From: an uncultured Dehalococcoidia bacterium
GTDB lineage: Bacteria > Chloroflexota > Dehalococcoidia > Lucifugimonadales > UBA2962
Length of the DNA stretch: 64,000 bases
Direction of reading: 5' to 3'
NCBI GenBank assembly: GCA_964637315.1
Contig: CAZWTT010000001.1
Span: forward strand, 6,939-70,938
Part shown: positions 1-8,847 of the stretch, piece by piece
How positions within the stretch are numbered: the stretch's first letter is position 1
Layout of the letters: each line of letters opens with the position of its first letter
Program-made: the position numbers and the translations under genes
Notes under the pieces: generated by a model
What the model was told of the DNA's origin: nothing
The model's input: the letters and a program-made list of their open reading frames with translations, nothing else
The model's database searches: none

Positions 1-1170
1 GAGAAGTTTGGGTCGGTCTATGGCGACGAGGTGATCATCGGCCACTCCAACGAGGGCGACTTCAACACGTTTGCTCAGGACGAGTCCTCAGAGGCACTGA
101 AGGACCGGATCATAGCGATAAAGATCCCCTACAACCTCCGGGTGTCCGAAGAGGTCAAGATCCTCTACAAGATGCTGGGGCAGAGCACCGTCCACAACGT
201 GGATATCGCACCGCTGACCATGCGTGTGGTGAGCACCTTCGCCATCCTGTCGCGGTTGGAGGCCCCCGCCAAGCAGGGGATGTCCCTGCTCGACAAGGTT
301 AAGCTCTATGACGGCCAGCAGGTCGGCGCCTACCGACGCCGGGACGTCATCGAGATGCAGCGGCGCCATCCCAACGAAGGTATGGGTGGGATATCCCCCC
401 GATACGTGATGAATCGCATCGGCGTCATCGCCAGCTCCCCGGCCGGCGTGGTCACGCCCCTGGCCGCCATCGATAGCCTGTGGCATGGCCTGAAAGAGAA
501 CATCAGCCTGGAACAGAAGGACATTCTGACCTACGTGGGGTTCATCTCCGACACCGTTAAGGAGTACAACCACCTGGCCGTCAAAGAGTTGCAGATGGCG
601 TTCGAGGACTCCTTCCACGAGAGCGCCAACATGCTTTTCCTAAACTACGTGTCGAATATCGGCGACTACTACGCCGCCACATCCAAAACCGGCAAGGTCA
701 GCGCTCGATCTCCCAACGAGCGGGACATGCAGGAGCTTGAGCGCGTCATCGGGCTGTCGGCGCGTGATAAGGGTCCCTTCCGACGGGAGTTGCACGAACT
801 CATCACTGGCTGGAAAAAGAACGGCAAGGAGTTCGACTACCGGTCCGAGCCCCGTCTGCGGGTCGCCGTCGAACAGCGTCTGCTACCCTCGCCTCGCGTC
901 GTCGAGCGCGCCCTTACCGAGCCCCGGTTTGCCCGCCAGAAGGTCGAGTGGCAAAGGCGGTACAGTGCGATCGTCAATCGGCTGGTCGAGTCGTTCGGGT
1001 ACTCGCGGTCCACCGCCGTCGACCTTGTCGAGTACGGGCTTCACGTAATCAAAAATAAGCCGGTCATGAAGACCCCTCGCAACGAGGGAGTCGAGTGGCT
1101 GTGGCCCGTTTACCCGCAGGCCAGACCCGAGCCAGGAGCTTCGGGTCAGGATGCGGGCGAAGAGTCTTAG
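1..1170 (+). CDS. prkA: PrkA-family serine protein kinase, C-terminal part (5' end cut by the window edge)
   Basis: Frame 1 is open from base 1. The product (…EALKDRIIAIKIPYNLRVSEEVKILYKML…GISPRYVMNRIG…) matches my memory of the PrkA AAA/C-terminal region. Confidence 0.8.
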   Translation, partial: EKFGSVYGDEVIIGHSNEGDFNTFAQDESSEALKDRIIAIKIPYNLRVSEEVKILYKMLGQSTVHNVDIAPLTMRVVSTFAILSRLEAPAKQGMSLLDKVKLYDGQQVGAYRRRDVIEMQRRHPNEGMGGISPRYVMNRIGVIASSPAGVVTPLAAIDSLWHGLKENISLEQKDILTYVGFISDTVKEYNHLAVKELQMAFEDSFHESANMLFLNYVSNIGDYYAATSKTGKVSARSPNERDMQELERVIGLSARDKGPFRRELHELITGWKKNGKEFDYRSEPRLRVAVEQRLLPSPRVVERALTEPRFARQKVEWQRRYSAIVNRLVESFGYSRSTAVDLVEYGLHVIKNKPVMKTPRNEGVEWLWPVYPQARPEPGASGQDAGEES

Positions 1171-1261
1171 CGGCGGCCGGGCCCGGGCTTGGCGCTCCTG
1201 ACGATTTCGGCGCTCTCGGTCGCGGGCCGGGCGTTAGCCGTCATGCTTATAACGCGGCTCC

Positions 1262-2419
1262 CTAGAGCCAGCGCTTCAGCCAGCGCTTTTCGAACACCAC
1301 CTTGACGACGTGCCAGAGGTGGGACGGGTTTCGCAGCCTGACCTGGGGGGTGGGCTCGGCGTAGAAGTTGCCGCTGCCGTAGCCGGCCCTGCCGCCGCCC
1401 ACTTCTACGAAACATTCGCCGTTACCCGAGAACGCACCCTCCTCACACCGGCCAGTGGCTCTAGCTGCAATGGTCCGGGCCACGGCCCGGCCCTGGTGGC
1501 GGGCGAAGACTCCGGCCTTGGGCAGGGGCAGGCCCATCGACAACGGGATGCTAACCACGTCCCCGATTGCGAAGACATCGGGGTGCTTCGTCTCCATAGA
1601 TTGGCGATCGACGGGCACCCAGCCGCCGGCCTTGGCCAATCCGGCTGCCTGGATAACCGGGGGAACGACGTGGGGTGGTATGTAAACAAGCAGGCCAAAA
1701 GGAACGTCCTCGGCGTTTTCAAACCGGAGGATTCGGCCCGCCGCGTCGACCTCGGTCAACAGGTGCTTGGGGTGGTAGGTGATGCCGCGATCCTCGATTA
1801 GGGTCTTTATACCTGCCGAAACGTCGGGACCGGCGACACCCATGGGCCCGGGCTCGGGAGAGTACAGGGACACGGAGACACTGTCTCTGGCACGGCGCCT
1901 GCGCAGATCGTGGTCGAGGAGCATTGCAGCCGCGTAAGGGGCGGCCGGGCACTTGAACGGCATCCGGGCGACCAGCAAAACCAGTCGGCCTTCGGACAAC
2001 TCCAAGCGGGCGTCGCGGATGGCGGTGGCGCCCTCTAGCGAATACAGGTTGTGGCCGGCCTCGGACAGCCCCGGAACCTGCTCCGGCGCCAGGTCGGCGC
2101 CGAGAGCGACCACCAGGTAGTCGGCTATTAGCTCGGCCCCATCAACCGCCACGGTTCGGCGGTCAGGGTCGATGGTGGTGATCTCGCCTTGGACGACCTC
2201 GATCCCCTTCTTGGTCAGACGCGAGAGATCGCTGACGATGGCCCCGGGCTCGCGCAGTCCCACCTGAAGCCAGATCAGCGAGGGTGAAAAAACGTGCTGA
2301 GGTCCTTTGTCCACCAGGATAATGCGATGCTCTCGGCCCAGCCGGGAGCGAAGCTCGTTGGCCGTTACCAGCCCACCAACACCGCCTCCGAGGATGACAA
2401 CACTTTTCCCAGCCATCAA
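1262..2419 (-). CDS. FAD-dependent pyridine-nucleotide-disulfide oxidoreductase, sulfide:quinone oxidoreductase-like
   Basis: 385-aa ORF with an N-terminal Rossmann motif VVILGGGVGG and a second dinucleotide motif. Length and pattern fit SQR-type flavoproteins. Confidence 0.75.
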   Translation of the reverse strand: MMAGKSVVILGGGVGGLVTANELRSRLGREHRIILVDKGPQHVFSPSLIWLQVGLREPGAIVSDLSRLTKKGIEVVQGEITTIDPDRRTVAVDGAELIADYLVVALGADLAPEQVPGLSEAGHNLYSLEGATAIRDARLELSEGRLVLLVARMPFKCPAAPYAAAMLLDHDLRRRRARDSVSVSLYSPEPGPMGVAGPDVSAGIKTLIEDRGITYHPKHLLTEVDAAGRILRFENAEDVPFGLLVYIPPHVVPPVIQAAGLAKAGGWVPVDRQSMETKHPDVFAIGDVVSIPLSMGLPLPKAGVFARHQGRAVARTIAARATGRCEEGAFSGNGECFVEVGGGRAGYGSGNFYAEPTPQVRLRNPSHLWHVVKVVFEKRWLKRWL

Positions 2420-2484
2420 ATTACCCTCCTGCTTAAAGTCGTCATTGGAGTGTAATCATGTCGTCCGTCGAGTTCCCTCGTCAC

Positions 2485-2853
2485 CTAGAATGTCGCCACC
2501 TTGTCGGCCCATCGGGTCCATTCCGCAAACGTGTCCAAGGAGCCTCTACTCACGCCCTGAGCCAGTTTCTCGACGCCGATACCACAGGTGTCCAGACAAC
2601 TTCCTCAGGTACCGACCAACACCCGTTGCCGTAGGGCCACCGTCAGCATACGCTCCACGTTGTAAAAGCCGTTTGGCGTCTTCTGGCCGATCTTACCGCA
2701 GGCGACCGCGCCACCGACGAGGAAGACCCCCACCTCGTCGTCTTCGTTCTTGCTCAGGGCGTTGACCAGGCGCATGCCGTCGTACGAGCGGTTCGTGTCG
2801 TAGGGTGGATCGTTGAGGATGATGGGCGTCTTGCGTCGCGTGTCCATTGTCAC
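2485..2853 (-). CDS. DsrE/YchN-family sulfur-relay-like protein with an in-frame TGA (2605-2607); candidate Sec (UxxC)
   Basis: The ORF stops at TGA but the same frame continues as GSCLDTCGIGVEKLAQGV…WADKVATF to TAG at 2485. SD AAGGAGGAG (2860-2868) lies 6 nt before GTG 2853. Confidence 0.6.
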
Positions 2854-2867
2854 AGCGGTCTCCTCCT

Positions 2868-3275
2868 TCAAGAATCCCAGAGGGCGGCGCCCATGCCCTC
2901 GACGGCCAGCAGGTCATGCATGGGCTGCTCCATGGCGCGGGCGACGTCGGCGTGGGAGATGAGGTCCACCACTTCCTCGTCCTCCATGACTAGGAGCCGC
3001 TTTATCTTAGCGTGGGTCATGAGGCGGGCGGCGTCAGTGATGTCGTCCGTGGGCTTTGCAGAATGAACCGGACTGGACACGATTTCGCCGATCGGGTTGA
3101 CGGCCGGAGCCTGGTGCTCGGCGACGCACCGGACGACTATATCGCGATCGGTGACTATGCCCTTGACCCTCTTTTCGTCGGTCACTATCAGGCATCCGAC
3201 CCCCTCCCTTGCCGTCGTGGAGCCGGCACTTGCCACCGTCTCGCCTTGGTAGACCTTGACGACTATGGCGGACAT
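2868..3275 (-). CDS. CBS-domain pair protein
   Basis: Two CBS-like repeats (…GVGCLIVTDEKRVKGIVTDRDIV… / …MTHAKIKRLLVMEDEEVVDLISHADV…). ATG 3275 is chosen; the long upstream extension of the 267-aa ORF looks non-coding. Confidence 0.7.
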   Translation of the reverse strand: MSAIVVKVYQGETVASAGSTTAREGVGCLIVTDEKRVKGIVTDRDIVVRCVAEHQAPAVNPIGEIVSSPVHSAKPTDDITDAARLMTHAKIKRLLVMEDEEVVDLISHADVARAMEQPMHDLLAVEGMGAALWDS

Positions 3276-3383
3276 CGTGTCCGGCTCGTGTCCGGCGAAA
3301 TCGGGGTGACTCCGGCCCTGTCGCAAACGGCACGATAAGTATCCATCGCGACCGTGAGACGAGCGTGACGCCTGCGGGAGGCC

Positions 3384-3774
3384 GTGTGTCGTTTGCATGA
3401 CGCCGATCGGCCGGCCCGGGAGGCGGAGAAATTCATTCTCGATGACATGGCCATGGAGAACCCGGCCGCCGAGGTCACGACCGAGTCTGAGGCCGAGCCG
3501 GCAGACATGGACGGACGAGGCCTCTACCTGAATAATTGTGGTGCCTGCCATGGCCCGGTCGGCGAGAGACAGGACGGCTGGTAGCAGCGCCCACACTTGG
3601 CACCACCCGGATGGCCTGCTGTCCCGTACCGTGCGTGAAGGAGGCAGGAACGTCCCCAACCTGGGGATCACCAGCGGGATGCCGGCCTTTGGGGACCGGC
3701 TGTCCGACGACCAGATCGTGGTCGTGATCGAGTACAGTAGGATTTTCTGGGAGCCCGACCAGCGCGACTTCTAG
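3384..3774 (+). pseudogene. Class I c-type cytochrome, frame-disrupted, with no visible signal peptide
   Basis: CGACH haem motif at 3537-3551 in one frame, which stops at 3582-3584. The conserved continuation HTWHHPDG…MPAFGDRLSDDQIVVVIEY is in the +1 frame from 3592. Confidence 0.6.
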
Positions 3775-3982
3775 GCCGAGATCAACGCCAACTCCGGGTG
3801 CCGAGACCTCCCGCCCGCTCACCTGTCGCCATCCAACGATCGACCTCGACTCGTCCGCACGAGAGCCGCGCAGCGCTGGCGCGGAGGCCTGTAAGCCCGG
3901 TAAAATACCGGTCTAGTTGTGATGGAAGCGAAGAAACGGTGACTGAGCAAGAGAGCCCGGGAGGCACAACGGCGGAATCCGT

Positions 3983-5758
3983 ATGTCGGATCAAGTCTTT
4001 GTGTTCGTCGTTGTCGGGGCGGCGTTTGCGCTCTTTCTGTGGGGTCGCTGGCGCTTCGATCTCGTCGCCCTCCTCACCCTTCTTGTCCTTGTAGTAGCCG
4101 GCCTAGTCCCCGCCGGGGACGCCTTCGCCGGCTTTGGACATCCCGCCGTGGTCACCGTGGCTGCGGTGCTTATCATCGGCCGCAGCCTCGCCAACTCCGG
4201 CGTCGTCGAGGTAATCAACCGGCGGTTGGCCAGACTCGGCGACGGTCGACTCATCCAACTCGGGGCACTGACCGGCCTCACCGTCGTGTTGTCTGCGTTT
4301 ATGAACAACGTCGGCGCCCTGGCGCTGATGATGCCCGTGGCCATCGACACCGCCCGTCGGACGGGCTGGTCCCCTTCCTACATCTTCATGCCACTAGCGT
4401 TCGGCTCCCTGCTGGGCGGGCTGCTAACAGCCATCGGCACACCTCCCAACATCGTCATCGCCACCTTCAGAGCGGAGACCGGCCAAGACCCGTTCCGCAT
4501 GTTCGACTTTTTGCCCGTGGGAGCGGCGGTGGCGGTGGCGGGACTCGTCTTTATCGTCCTCGTCGGCTGGAGACTGATACCCCGCCGCCAATCCACCGCT
4601 CTCGACCCACAGACCTTCAGCATTCAGACATACGTCACCGAGGTATACGTGCCCGCCAAGGCGCGCATGGCGGGTAGGCTCCTGGGAGAGATCAAAAACG
4701 CCATGGATGCAGAATGTAACGTGGTCGGTCTCATCCGCGAGGACAGGCGCTATGAAGCTCCTTCGACACTGCAAGAGATCAAGGCCGGGGACGTGCTTAT
4801 CGTCGAGACCAACCCCGAGGACCTTGATGAGCTGATCGCGGCGACGGGCTTCGAGATCGCCGGCAGTGACGGATCGGCCGGAAATGCGGATAGCGGCGAG
4901 GAGATCGTTACGACCGAGGCGGTCGTGTCACCCAGCTCCGAGCTGGAAGGGCGAACACCCGCCGAGATCGACATGCTGTCCAGGTACGGGATCAACCTGC
5001 TGGCCATCTCCCGGCAGGGCGAGCGCATTCAGGAACGGCTGGGGAACATGCGCCTGGCTGTGGGAGACGTGCTTTTGATCCAGGGCCGATTCGATGCCGT
5101 CATGGAAGGGCTGCGTCGTATGGGCGGCTTGCCGCTCGTCGAGCGCGACCTGCGCCTGGGCCGTGCCCGCCCAAAACCGCCCCTGGTGGTCGGCATTTTT
5201 TTGCTGGCCATCGTGCTCACCGCGACCGGAGTGCTCTCGATTCAGGTCGCATTCGTAGGAGCCGCCCTGCTTTTGGCCGTCTCCGGTTCCTTAACTCTGC
5301 GCGAGGCGTACCAGAGCATCAACTGGCCGGTGATCGTCCTGCTCGGCGCCATGATACCCATAGAGCAGGCACTGGTGAGCACAGGCGGCTCGGAGACGAT
5401 AGCAGACGCCCTCAATTTCGCCAAAGGAGACATGTCGCAGGCACTCACGCTGCTGATTGTACTGGGGGTGACCATGGTGCTCTCCGGGATCGTCAACAAC
5501 ACCGCCGCGGCCGTGATCATGGCGCCCATAGCGATCGACATGGCCGGGGGGTTGGGAGTGAGCGCTGACCCGTTCCTGATGGCGGTGGCGGTGGGGGCGT
5601 CGGCGGCGTTCCTGACGCCGATAGGCCACCAGTCCAATACGTTGGTGATGGGCCCGGGCGGATACCGCTTCACTGACTACTGGAGGATGGGACTGCCGCT
5701 GTCGATCGTGGTGGCCGTGGTGGCCGTGCCGGTAATTATGGCCGTCTGGCCGCCCTAA
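3983..5758 (+). CDS. SLC13/DASS-type anion permease with two central TrkA-C domains
   Basis: 591 aa with hydrophobic N- and C-terminal halves around two TrkA-C-like soluble repeats (…LLGEIKNAMDAECNVVGLIRED… / …GRTPAEIDMLSRYGINLLAISRQG…). Confidence 0.85.
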   Translation: MSDQVFVFVVVGAAFALFLWGRWRFDLVALLTLLVLVVAGLVPAGDAFAGFGHPAVVTVAAVLIIGRSLANSGVVEVINRRLARLGDGRLIQLGALTGLTVVLSAFMNNVGALALMMPVAIDTARRTGWSPSYIFMPLAFGSLLGGLLTAIGTPPNIVIATFRAETGQDPFRMFDFLPVGAAVAVAGLVFIVLVGWRLIPRRQSTALDPQTFSIQTYVTEVYVPAKARMAGRLLGEIKNAMDAECNVVGLIREDRRYEAPSTLQEIKAGDVLIVETNPEDLDELIAATGFEIAGSDGSAGNADSGEEIVTTEAVVSPSSELEGRTPAEIDMLSRYGINLLAISRQGERIQERLGNMRLAVGDVLLIQGRFDAVMEGLRRMGGLPLVERDLRLGRARPKPPLVVGIFLLAIVLTATGVLSIQVAFVGAALLLAVSGSLTLREAYQSINWPVIVLLGAMIPIEQALVSTGGSETIADALNFAKGDMSQALTLLIVLGVTMVLSGIVNNTAAAVIMAPIAIDMAGGLGVSADPFLMAVAVGASAAFLTPIGHQSNTLVMGPGGYRFTDYWRMGLPLSIVVAVVAVPVIMAVWPP

Positions 5759-6402
5759 TAGGTTCGGCGGACCGAGGCGCCCCGGGCCAGCGAATGGGCC
5801 GAGACGAGCCTAGCGAAGCCATAGCGAAAGGAGGGCTTGGCGATGGGTTCCGTCGTCATGATGACCGCGTCTTCGCGGTTGTCTGAGTAGTAGGCCTTGC
5901 GCAGGCCCCGCTCCGTGAAGCCGTACTTGCGGTAAAGGTTGCGGGCAATGAAGTTCGACTCGCGCACCTCCAGCGTCACGATACGGGAGCCCCGGTCTTG
6001 TGCGTGTTCGACGGCGCCGATGAGAAGTAGCTCTCCCAACCCCAGTCCGCGGTATGTGGCCGATACCCCAAGGTTGACGATGTGGGCCTCGTCCGCCATG
6101 TACCAGACTCCGATGAACCCCCCCACCTTGCTGGTCTCTGCCCTCGGGCGCCAGACGGCTGGGGCCGCACCGGAGATGGGCCGCTTGATCAGGGCCTCGC
6201 GCCCGGCTTCGCCATCCCCGTCGCCACAAGGCTCCACCACCAGGTAGCTGGCAAGCCGGTTCTTCAATTCGCGGCCGAATGACGTGGGCGGGAACAGGGT
6301 GGGGAAGGCCTCCTGCTCGACGCGCGCGCAGCGGTGTAGGTCCAATTCCGTCATCGGTCGAACCAGGAAGGGCATTGTGCGCTGTCGCTGGTCTATGGCC
6401 AC
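5755..6402 (-). CDS. rimI: GNAT N-acetyltransferase, RimI-like
   Basis: RimI-like N-terminus (RPMTELDLHRCARVEQEAFP) and acetyl-CoA motif (YRGLGLGELLL). The start is uncertain: GTG 6402, ATG 6375 or ATG 6354. Confidence 0.75.
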   Translation of the reverse strand: MAIDQRQRTMPFLVRPMTELDLHRCARVEQEAFPTLFPPTSFGRELKNRLASYLVVEPCGDGDGEAGREALIKRPISGAAPAVWRPRAETSKVGGFIGVWYMADEAHIVNLGVSATYRGLGLGELLLIGAVEHAQDRGSRIVTLEVRESNFIARNLYRKYGFTERGLRKAYYSDNREDAVIMTTEPIAKPSFRYGFARLVSAHSLARGASVRRTY

Positions 6403-6676
6403 GCACCGAGTTTAGCATCGACCCGTGCGCTCCGTATCACCAGCTAGGGTGAGTTCCGATGTGGATTTACTCGTCTTGATCGGAGTTGAGGAATCCGAAT
6501 ACTTAGGAACCCCGGGAAACAATCCCGGAATCTTCGGGTCGCCTTTGACGCCCTATCCTGAACGGGACATAGGGTGAGTCTTCCAGAAGTCGGAACAATC
6601 GGGAGCTAACCTCTGGTTGCATGCGCACGTTCCTTATAATTGATCCGTGTTGGGTTTAACGGGGAGGTCACCAACG

Positions 6677-7267
6677 ATGAGCGACGAGCGGTCGCCCACC
6701 AAAGAGCAGTTGGAAGCGCTGGTCGTAAGTGCACAGGGCGGGGATACGGCCGCGTTCGAGGCGCTCTACGACCACTTCTACGATCGCATCTACCGCTACG
6801 TCTCCTTCAAAGCCGGGGACGCCTCCGCAGCCGAGGACATCACCGAGGAAGTCTTCCTCCGTATGCTCAGGTCCATCGGCACCTACAAGCACCGCGGGCA
6901 CCCGTTCTCCTCGTGGCTCTTCCGCGTCGCACACAACCTAGTCGCGGACCATTTCCGAAAGCGCGGTCGCGACAAGAGCGTGCCGCTCGACAAGGTCGTG
7001 GCGGTGGTGGGCGAGTCGAGTGTCGATCTCGACGACTACGTACAGACCAAGCTGGCCATGAGGGAGGTCAACCGGGCAATGGAGGACCTGACCGACCTCC
7101 AACGCCAGATCATCTCCCTGCGGTTCGCTGGCGGGTTGTCGGTGAACGAGACGGCAAAGGCCGTCGGCCGCAACGAGAACGCGGTCAAGGCCCTTCAGCA
7201 CGCTGGCATCAAGAAGCTGCGTAAGATTCTGACGCCGGGTGGCGCCCCTTCTCGGCAGCCGATCTAG
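6677..7267 (+). CDS. ECF-type sigma-70 family RNA polymerase sigma factor
   Basis: Region 2 (FEALYDHFYDRIYRYV…EDITEEVFLRM) and region 4 HTH (LSVNETAKAVGRNENAVKALQHAGIKKLR). SD GGGGAGG lies 9 nt before ATG 6677. Confidence 0.85.
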   Translation: MSDERSPTKEQLEALVVSAQGGDTAAFEALYDHFYDRIYRYVSFKAGDASAAEDITEEVFLRMLRSIGTYKHRGHPFSSWLFRVAHNLVADHFRKRGRDKSVPLDKVVAVVGESSVDLDDYVQTKLAMREVNRAMEDLTDLQRQIISLRFAGGLSVNETAKAVGRNENAVKALQHAGIKKLRKILTPGGAPSRQPI

Positions 7268-7277
7268 GGTAGTCGCC

Positions 7278-8168
7278 GTGGCGCCATTGGAGATCGACAA
7301 GGAGCTCGACGAGATATTCGATGCTTGCCTCGACCGCATGGCCGAGGGTCGGAGCATCGAAGAGTGCCTCGGCGACTATCCAGAGCACCGCGAGCGCCTG
7401 CAGGCCCTGTTGGAGGCCGCAGACACGGCCCTTTCATCCGCCACCTTCGTAACGCCCGGGACTAGTGCGAAAGCGCGCGGAAGGGCCCGGCTGCGCCAGC
7501 AGCTCGAAGCCGGCCTCCCGGCCCCATCGGGGAAGCGGCGACTGTGGCGACGCATATCCGTTCCGGACCTAGTCACCGTGCCCTTGGCGGCCGTTCTGGG
7601 ATTCATGCTGGTCGTTCTGGCCGTTGGGAGCATTGCCGCGGTGGCGACAGACGACTCGGTGCCGGGCGACAGCCTGTACTGGGTAAAGCGCACCAGAGAG
7701 AACGTCATGCTCACGTTCTCTCGCTCCGACACCGGTAAGGCGGAGGCGCATGCCGAACTGGCGGGCGTGAGGGCCGAGGAGATGCGCAAACTCATCGAGC
7801 AAGGCCGCATAGCCGCCGCTGAGCAGCATCTGGACGCCGTGCGAGAACACCTGAGGGCGTCGGCGCAGCACGCGGGGATCGTTATTACCCTGAACCACAT
7901 CGAGATGCCGTCCACGCGCATTTCGATCGAGCGGTCGACGGAGCTTGGCACACTAGTCGTCACTTTGGAAAGGGACGGCGACCTGCTGAGGATCAAACCG
8001 GTCAGCGTAGACGGCCCCGGCCTGGAGGACAGGCAACAGCGTATCGACCGTATCAGGTGGGAGTTCGAGCTATCCTACCGGGTGCTCGTCGCCGCGCTGT
8101 ACCCGGACTCCGCAGCCGATCCACTGTGGCATACCGAGAGCATCGGCACACAGGCCTTCGACCGGTAA
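7278..8168 (+). CDS. Putative membrane anti-sigma factor (DUF5667-like)
   Basis: Lies immediately downstream of the ECF sigma gene. It has an N-terminal zinc-less anti-sigma-like helix (LDEIFDACLDRMAEGRSIEECL), one TM segment (VPLAAVLGFMLVVLAVGSIAAV) and an extracytoplasmic helical domain. Confidence 0.55.
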   Translation: MAPLEIDKELDEIFDACLDRMAEGRSIEECLGDYPEHRERLQALLEAADTALSSATFVTPGTSAKARGRARLRQQLEAGLPAPSGKRRLWRRISVPDLVTVPLAAVLGFMLVVLAVGSIAAVATDDSVPGDSLYWVKRTRENVMLTFSRSDTGKAEAHAELAGVRAEEMRKLIEQGRIAAAEQHLDAVREHLRASAQHAGIVITLNHIEMPSTRISIERSTELGTLVVTLERDGDLLRIKPVSVDGPGLEDRQQRIDRIRWEFELSYRVLVAALYPDSAADPLWHTESIGTQAFDR

Positions 8169-8187
8169 CCTTCGCGTCACCGAGCCG

Positions 8188-8720
8188 TTAGTCGATGGTC
8201 TGGATAAGGCCGATTGTGGCCGGAGTCACTCGCTTTACGATCATCACGCTGCCGGACGGGGGCTTGAGCGCGACTGAGAATATCTCGTCGGTGGTGAGCG
8301 GGATGGCGTCGGCCAGCCCGGTCATGAATATGGTGATCTCAGCCCGCTCATAGATCTCGATCAGATTGTCCCCGTTGTTGTCGCCGAGGTAGCTGAGGGA
8401 CCAGTAATGGTTGTGGACCAACTGATTGCGGTCGTAGTAGTTCACCGTCTCCGCCCCAGGCTGGTGGATGCCTCGTTCAGCCCGGCGTAGACTGTCTCCT
8501 TGCCCAGGCCAGTCGAAAACAAGCCCGTGGACAGGATCGTAAAGGTGAACACCGAGGCCACCACCACGAAGACGACGAGGATAATCGTGGTCTCCAGCCC
8601 GGTAACGCCCAACTGGTCCCCTGTCAGTCTGCGTAAGAGGACGAGCTTTAATGTAGCGCTCAGCCTATGTAGGCACGGCTCGTCCTCACGTGCGAGCACG
8701 CTTCTACCTGCTGAGACCAT
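8188..8720 (-). pseudogene. Archaeal-type flagellin (archaellin)/type IV pilin-like protein, split by a frameshift
   Basis: N-terminal class III signal-like [32 protein letters not shown]…EASTSL, then C-terminal …IFSVALKPPSGSVMIVKRVTPATI in another frame. The frames switch at the G4 run (plus-strand CCCC 8444-8447). Confidence 0.55.
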
Positions 8721-8847
8721 ACTCGCGATTGGATGGGACGATCGCGGTCATTTCGCCCGTGACACCGCCCAACCGTGGTGGATGTCCGCCCGCAGATTGT
8801 TACTCATTGGTTACTTACCGGACGGTTGTAGAATCAAATAGTCCCCT

